From Octopus vulgaris (lineage: Eukaryota): a DNA stretch of 64,000 nucleotides. Each line of letters starts with the position of its first letter. Positions within the stretch are counted from its first letter, which is position 1. Shown one piece after another: positions 56,993 through 64,000 of the stretch. The stretch is taken from positions 3,658,001 through 3,722,000 of the forward strand of contig OX597815.1 in the NCBI GenBank assembly GCA_951406725.2. Direction: 5' to 3'. Under the pieces are notes generated by a model. The model saw nothing but the letters and a program-made list of their open reading frames with translations. It was not told where the DNA came from and ran no database searches. A program made the translations under genes and the position numbers.

Positions 56993-57245
56993 AGGTTGTG
57001 ACAGGAGTTGAATTTTTATCTAGATCGAATCAGCCTCTGGCCCTTTCGAGTTTCTGCGCTTCCCCGCTGAGGGCATAGAATCTCCAGTCATATCTTACCT
57101 GCAAACCCTCTGCATCCACAAACGTAACTCTTGGTAGCAAGTGATTGATTCAACGGAAATACAAATATTTATCTCTACTAGACATCGAGTACACCTTTCC
57201 CCAACAGTTATCACTATACGTGTGCGCGCGCGTGTGTGTGTGTGT

Positions 57246-57403
57246 GGTTGTTGGTTGTATGATAAGAAGTACACTTCCTAATCACTTGGTTCCGATATTC
57301 GGTCCCAATACGTGGTACCTTGGGCAAGTATCTTCTACTATAGCCTCAGGCCGACCAAAACCTTCGGAGATGATATAGCAGACGCAAACTAGAAGAGCTC
57401 GTC

Positions 57404-57404
<1 letters not shown>
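57246..57404 (+). mobile_element. SINE S2 head half, diverged
   Basis: CGTGGTACCTTGGGCAAGTATCTTCTACTATAGCCTCAGGCCGACCAAA. Confidence 0.75.
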
Positions 57405-57449
<45 letters not shown>

Positions 57450-57502
57450 GTGTGTGTGTGTGTATGTATATATATATATATATTTATGTGTATATATATA
57501 TT

Positions 57503-57602
<100 letters not shown>

Positions 57603-58465
57603 TATATATGTATATATATGTGTGTGTGTATATGTGTATCTGCGCATGTGTGTGTGTGTGGAATATGACAAAACCTTACAGAGGCGGCTTACAGCCCCTT
57701 AGGATGCTGAGATCCTTTCTTGCTGCTGTCGACCTTGATTTGCATCATATGTTGTTTGATAATATAAAGAGCAACTGAAATACTCGCTCAACATAATCCG
57801 TAGTCTTCCCCTACAGACACACATACACACACACATACACACACACACATGTAGTAAAAAATCCCTGGCCTTGAGTTATAGATTATATCTAAGTTAGGAA
57901 GATTTGACTGTTGTTTCTAGCAGATATTGCAACCATATACAAGTGATCAGAGAGCCTCTTCGCGGTTATGTGATAACTACGGGTATCACATTATAGTCCA
58001 TTTCGATATCTCTGTTTATATCATAAGAAAACGGATATAATACCATTGAGATTGTGGCACAGATTTCACAGACGCGTGTATGCAGGGAGGATATCAGTTG
58101 ATATCTTTATACGTTTGTTTATTATTCTTTCGTTGCTGTCGGAGTATCCGTATTTACGTGTGCGTATGTGTGTGTGTATGTGTGTGTATTCATATACACA
58201 GAGGGAGGAAGGGAGATAGAGAGAAGGAGAGAAGGAGAGTGAGAGAGGGAGTTTCAAAAACTACATACAAAAACGATAAAGGAACGCACGGAAATTCCAC
58301 AAATAAGATGTGGACAGGCTTTTTCCTCGTCAGTTATCGTCAATTTCATACATACATACATACATACATACATACATACATACATACATACATACATACA
58401 TACATACACATACATACATACATACATACACATACAAACATACATACATACATACATACATACAC

Positions 58466-58557
<92 letters not shown>

Positions 58558-59093
58558 ATATCTATTCGCGAGGCTTTGGACGGCCTCAGGCTATATTAGA
58601 AAATACTTGTCCTTGAATGAAAGTGAACCCCAGACCACGTCGTCTGGTAGTAAGCTGTTTACCGCAGAACCAAGCCTGCGCCTATACACACACACATGCA
58701 GACACACTCACATACACACATGCGTGCGTGTGCACGTCTTTACGCATATATAAATATATCCATACACACACACATATATATATTATATTCTACGATAATA
58801 TACAAAAGGATTAATGTACATAAACTGTGGAACGAACGAAAAACGTATATAAAAAATAATATACATATACAGAAGTGAGACAGAAGATATACATACATAT
58901 ATACAAACATACATTGTGTATATGCGTATATTTATGCATATGTATATGTATGTGTATTTATCTCTATATATATAGATAGATAGATGCGTTTGTATCTTTA
59001 AACAACCGCACGTATACAGATGTCCTTTGCTCTTACATATATACGTCTGTGTTAATATATATAAATGGATATATGTATATATGTATATATACA

Positions 59094-59133
<40 letters not shown>

Positions 59134-59150
59134 TATGTATATATTTATGA

Positions 59151-59203
<53 letters not shown>

Positions 59204-59340
59204 TATACATGTATATATAGACATGTATGTATATATGTATATATATTCATTTATATATATTTACATACATATACACACACACGTTTAATCGTTCACACGT
59301 GTGTTGCGTACATGCATACACGAACACGCGTATACACACA

Positions 59341-59403
<63 letters not shown>

Positions 59404-59491
59404 ATAAATATATATAGAGAGAGAGAGAAAGAGAGGGAGAGCGACAGACAGATAGACAGAGATAGGTAGATAGATACACACATATGTATGT

Positions 59492-59544
<53 letters not shown>

Positions 59545-59939
59545 CATATTTACATACATACATAGTTAAATACATGTAGGTTTGGGAATTTTGCTTCCAA
59601 ACAACACTTTTCTGGCTTCAGTCCGAAGGTGTGGCATCTTGGGCAAGTAGTAGAACCCTGACTAAATTGCTGTCAGTGAATTTGGTAGACGGAGACCCAA
59701 GAAAGGACCGTCGTATAACGGTGGTGCCCCAGCATGACCGCAGCTTTGAAGCTGGAACATTTTAAAGAATTTAAAGAATATGTATAGATGTATGTATGAA
59801 TGTATATGTATATATACAAACATACATATATATATATTTATAATTGTATATATATATATGCATATATATATATATTTATATAATTGTATATATATGTATG
59901 CGTGGGTGTGTGCATGCGGGTGTCTGTGTACGCGTCCCT

Positions 59940-60161
59940 GTGAATGTCTTTTCTTGCCCCCCACCGCTTGACAACCGGTGTTGGTGTGATTACGTCCCCG
60001 TGGCCTCGGATTCGACAAAACAGTTCAAGAGAACAATTACCAGGTTTTATTTTAAATGAAAGATATGCGCTGATGTCGATTCGTTTGACTAAATTCCTTC
60101 AAGGCGGTAACCCCAGCATGGCCGCAGTCTAAAGGCTGAAACAAGTCAAAAGGAAACAAGA

Positions 60162-60162
<1 letters not shown>
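59940..60162 (+). mobile_element. SINE S2 tail half
   Basis: CCACCGCTTGACAACCGGTGTTGGTGTG...CCCAGCATGGCCGCAGTC...CTGAAACAAGT. Confidence 0.75.
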
Positions 60163-60209
<47 letters not shown>

Positions 60210-60449
60210 TTTTTATTTTGGTTTTTCCCATTATTTTTTTTATCTCTGCTCATCCGATCTCAGTTGATTGATCAATGATACAACAATGGATGAAAGAATG
60301 CTTTAGCTGTATCATACGCTTCTCTCTGTCTCTCTCTCCCTCCCTCTCCCTCTCTCCCCCCTCTCTCTCTCTCTCTCGTTCTACTTCCTATGTCTATCTA
60401 TCTATCTATCTATCTATATATATATATATATATATATTCATTATTTTAT

Positions 60450-60661
60450 TTTATTCGTTTCTGTCATTTGACTGCGGCCACGCTGGGGCACCACCCTTAG
60501 TCGAACAAATCGCCCCCAGGACTTATTCTTTGTAAGCCTAGTACTTATTCTATCGGTCTCTTTTGCAGAACCGCTAAGTTACGGGGATATAAACACACCA
60601 CCATCGGTTGTCAAGCGATGTTGGGGGGACAAACACAGACACACAAACGTATACACACACA

Positions 60662-60709
<48 letters not shown>

Positions 60710-60873
60710 TATATATAAATACATATACGACAAGCTTCTTTCAGTTTCCGTCTACCAAATCCACGCACAAGGGTTTTGTAGACGATACTTCCCCAAGGTG
60801 CCACGCAGTGGGACTGAACCCGGAGCCATGTTGTTGGTAAGCAAGCTACTTACCACACAGCCACTCCTGCACC
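60450..60873 (-). mobile_element. SINE S2 (full length)
   Basis: Matches 45468-45876, with a longer internal (CA)n. Confidence 0.9.
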
Positions 60874-61291
60874 TATATATATATATCGATCGATCGATCT
60901 ATCTATCCGTCTAGCTAGCTATGTGTCGTTGAATGTCTTTAGCCTATATATTATTTATGAATATACGTATATTTTTATCGTGTATGAAGTGAAAGAAATT
61001 ATAGTGCGTCAAATGTATCTATGAAATGTATATATTCATAAAAATATGTATATATACATAGAGGGACATAAACATACATCTTTAACATATATATAAATAT
61101 ATATTCACACACATTAATATGTGTGTGTATATGTATATATATATATATATATGTAAATATATGTATATATATATATTGATTGATTGATTGATTCCAGTTC
61201 CAGCCTATGAGCTGTGGCCATGCTGGGGCACCGCCATTTGGTGTTGCTACTTGGTTTCACTTCATGGAGGCTTTCTAGCAACTGCTATTTG

Positions 61292-61344
<53 letters not shown>

Positions 61345-61345
61345 T

Positions 61346-61379
<34 letters not shown>

Positions 61380-61431
61380 GATATGTATATGAATCTATAT
61401 ATAATATATATACCTCTCTCTCTCTCTCTCT

Positions 61432-61469
<38 letters not shown>

Positions 61470-61639
61470 TGCTCCCTCGTTATCGAGTATGGCCATTGCA
61501 CGAAGCTTAACTGTTATTGATGCTGTGATCGAATGTGACTTTTTAGCCCAGCTAAAGATCTGCAATGTCTACAAAGATCTACAATAAATATATTGAACTC
61601 AATATATATATATGTATGCATGTATTACTCCTTTATTCG

Positions 61640-61960
61640 TTACTTGTTTCATCTCGAAAGTTGCGGCCATGCTGGAGCACCTCTGTTAGTTTCACTACTC
61701 TTTCATGATTTGAAACCTCCCCACCCATGTGGCATTTGGAGAAGGAGTGAGCTTGATGGTGCTGCCCTCATTTCCATTTTCTACGGCAATGTAGGTTCAT
61801 CCAGAACTCCTAATAGAAGGAGATCCTGTGTTTTGGGGGATTTTTTAGACCCCCTACAACCACCCCATATAGGATATAGGTCTCTCAGGCTTTGGAGGCG
61901 GATATTTAAGAACAGTGAGGCCTTGAAACGCAATCTGCTGAAGCGTCTGGTTTTGCATCT
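61640..61960 (-). mobile_element. CR1-group LINE 3' end with S2-type tail
   Basis: Minus strand LNIRLQSLRDLY...DLLLLGVLDEPT...RAAPSSSL, then GGTGCTCCAGCATGGCCGCA...GAAACAAGTA. Confidence 0.6.
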
Positions 61961-62012
61961 TGACGGCGATGTTGGGGTCTTTCAGAAGAGCCTGCGGCAC
62001 TCCTTTCTGGTG

Positions 62013-62520
62013 TTTACTCTTTTACTCTTTCAGTCTTTTACTGGTTTCAGCCAGAGACTGGGGTCATGCTGGAGCATCACCTTTCAGTGTTTTGGGGTTT
62101 CCTTTCGGTACTGCTTTTAGTGAAGACGCGAGTTGGACGGAGTACTTTTCTTTGTCCCACCTGGCGCGATGTGGACGGAGCTACCCTGTGCCTCCTGCCG
62201 CGATGTGGGCTCATCTAGAATTTCAGATAGAATTTTTTATCGAGGTGCTTTTTGAACGATTTCACATCTACACCTTATCGATCTCTGAGGTTGTTTGGCA
62301 GAATGTTAAACAGTTGTGGTCCCCTGCAACCCAAGCCGAAGAAGACGGTGTCTTTGGCAATATGCAGTGCCGTCCAGTTCGGAGATTGGTATAGCTTTCA
62401 ACAGTAAAGTTGGGAGCTAGACTTGCCAGGATCTTCCATATGTACATCACTGCAAACCTTTCTCACCCTCACTTCAAGGAGTTGAGCTTCAGTTCTTGTG
62501 CCCTCTCCCAGTACCTAATC
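62013..62520 (-). mobile_element. CR1-group LINE 3' end with S2-type tail
   Basis: Minus strand YWERAQELKLNSL...ERFAVMYIWKIL...RTGRHCILPK...GPQLFNILPNNLRD...FKKHLDK..LSEILDEPT, then GATGCTCCAGCATGACCCCAG...CTGAAACCAGTAAAAGA. Confidence 0.8.
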
Positions 62521-62659
62521 TGTTTCACCGAATCAATCTTCTTTGTTTAACTTACAATGTTACAAGTTCTTCCAGGATTTTCTAGATGTCTATCACTCTA
62601 TATTTTGCCCCGCTTTTGTTCTGGGAAGTAGAGTTCCAACCTTTTCTACTACTTCCGCT

Positions 62660-62950
62660 ATAAATTTCAGTCGAGAGGCTGTGGCCATGCTGGAGCATTA
62701 CCAGTATCATCACCTTTCCAATGGTCATCTGGTTGGCTTTTGGTGAATGAGGGAGTTTGATATTGCTGTCCTCTTATAAGTCTCTTGCCGTGATGTAAGA
62801 TCTTGGAGAGCAGAAGGTCAATGGGTTTCTTGAAAATATCTGCCCCCACTTCATGTGGGTCTCACGGGGGTTTCTTGGCAAGATATTAAATAGGTGCCGG
62901 TCTTTTGGATCCCAAGCTATTGCAATAATTGGTTCTATCGATTGAAAGGG
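62660..62950 (-). mobile_element. CR1-group LINE 3' end with S2-type tail
   Basis: Minus strand LFNILPRNPR...ADIFKKPIDLLLSKIL...RTAISNSLIHQ, then ATGCTCCAGCATGGCCACAG...CTGAAA. Confidence 0.7.
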
Positions 62951-63129
62951 GGAACCATTTGGAATATCGCAATGTGTGTGTGTGTGTGTGTGTGTGTATA
63001 TGCATGCGTGTATGTGCATGCGCGTGTGTGTTGTGTGTATATGGGTGCATATGTGTGTGTGCTCGTGTATGTGTGTGAGTGTGTGCGTGTAATATTCATT
63101 TATGTGTACATTCATAGATATATATGTAT

Positions 63130-63276
63130 GGTGTCAGGTTGTGTGGTAAGAAGCTTGCTTCCAAAACACATGGTTCTGAGTTCCGTCCCACTGCGTGGCG
63201 TGTTTTCTGCTATTGCCACGGGCCAACCAAAGCCTTGTGAGTGGATTTGGTAGACGGAAACTGAAAGAAGCCCATC

Positions 63277-63356
<80 letters not shown>

Positions 63357-63561
63357 ACATGTGTGTGTATGTGTTTGTCCCCCCCCCACCATCGCTTGAC
63401 AACCGATGTCGGTGTGTTTACCTCCCCGTAACTTAGTGGTTCGGCAAAGGGACTGATAGAATAAGTACTAGGCTTACGAAGAAGTCCTGGGGTCGATTTT
63501 CTCGACTAAAAGGCGCTGGTGCAGCATGGCCGCAGCCAAATGACTGAAGCAAGTAAAAGAA
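63130..63561 (+). mobile_element. SINE S2 (full length)
   Basis: Head, internal (TA)(TG)n and tail CAGCATGGCCGCAGCCAAATGACTGAAGCAAGTAAAAGA. Confidence 0.85.
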
Positions 63562-63593
63562 TAATAACAGAATATATATGTGGTGGGGGTGCT

Positions 63594-63701
<108 letters not shown>

Positions 63702-64000
63702 TGTGTGTGTGTCCTATCAATGGTTTTGTACATCAGAGAGCTGCTCCAGCGTTCGTGCCCCACCCCCTCGCTTCCATTTATCCCTTTCTAAGTAAACTTT
63801 TGAAATGCAAAATTCATGGAATGACGTGTATATGTACTTATATGTGCAATGTATGTATATATGTGTGTGTGTTTGTTGTGTGTGCCCGCGCGTGTATGTA
63901 TATATATAAATGTATATATATATGGTTAAGTATCAATTTACGCAACATGCCAACAGGAAGAAGAATAACCGATGCTGCAGTTTTAATGCACGCGACACAC

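Noticed and set aside
61593-62120. 175-aa ORF with VLGDF (APE-like)
   Set aside because: It is antisense to CR1 3' ends, and other APE motifs are absent.

Overview
Extremely repeat-rich, AT-rich animal DNA. The SINE/LINE content and microsatellite density resemble an octopus (coleoid cephalopod) genome, which is an inference. I found no host protein-coding gene that I can support; almost every ORF in the track is a translation of (TA)n, (CA)n, (CATA)n, (GATA)n or (AAT/ATC)n arrays. Real content: (i) three tRNA-derived SINE families (my labels S1, S2, S3); (ii) nine 5'-truncated R4/Dong-type non-LTR fragments (CCHC knuckle + restriction-like endonuclease) that end in (TAA)n arrays; (iii) CR1-group LINE 3' ends, three of which end in the same tail as the S2 SINE; (iv) Tx1/L1-like and RTE-like relics, one decayed mariner and a probable hAT end; (v) several fold-back hairpins. 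The most notable signal is a set of more than a dozen short, ORF-less modules from many unrelated families, mostly next to (TA)n or other microsatellites. Each carries all or part of a minimal type-I hammerhead-ribozyme-like motif (CUGANGA or U3-A8 variant ... GAA + palindromic helix III + H). The palindrome differs by family (ACGT, ACCGGT, AATT, ACGTACGT, ACACGTGT, ACAGCTGT, ACATATGT, AGTATACT, ACTTCGAAGT), as expected for Penelope-like-element pseudo-LTRs or non-autonomous derivatives. All alignments and folds were done by eye; ribozyme activity is untested.
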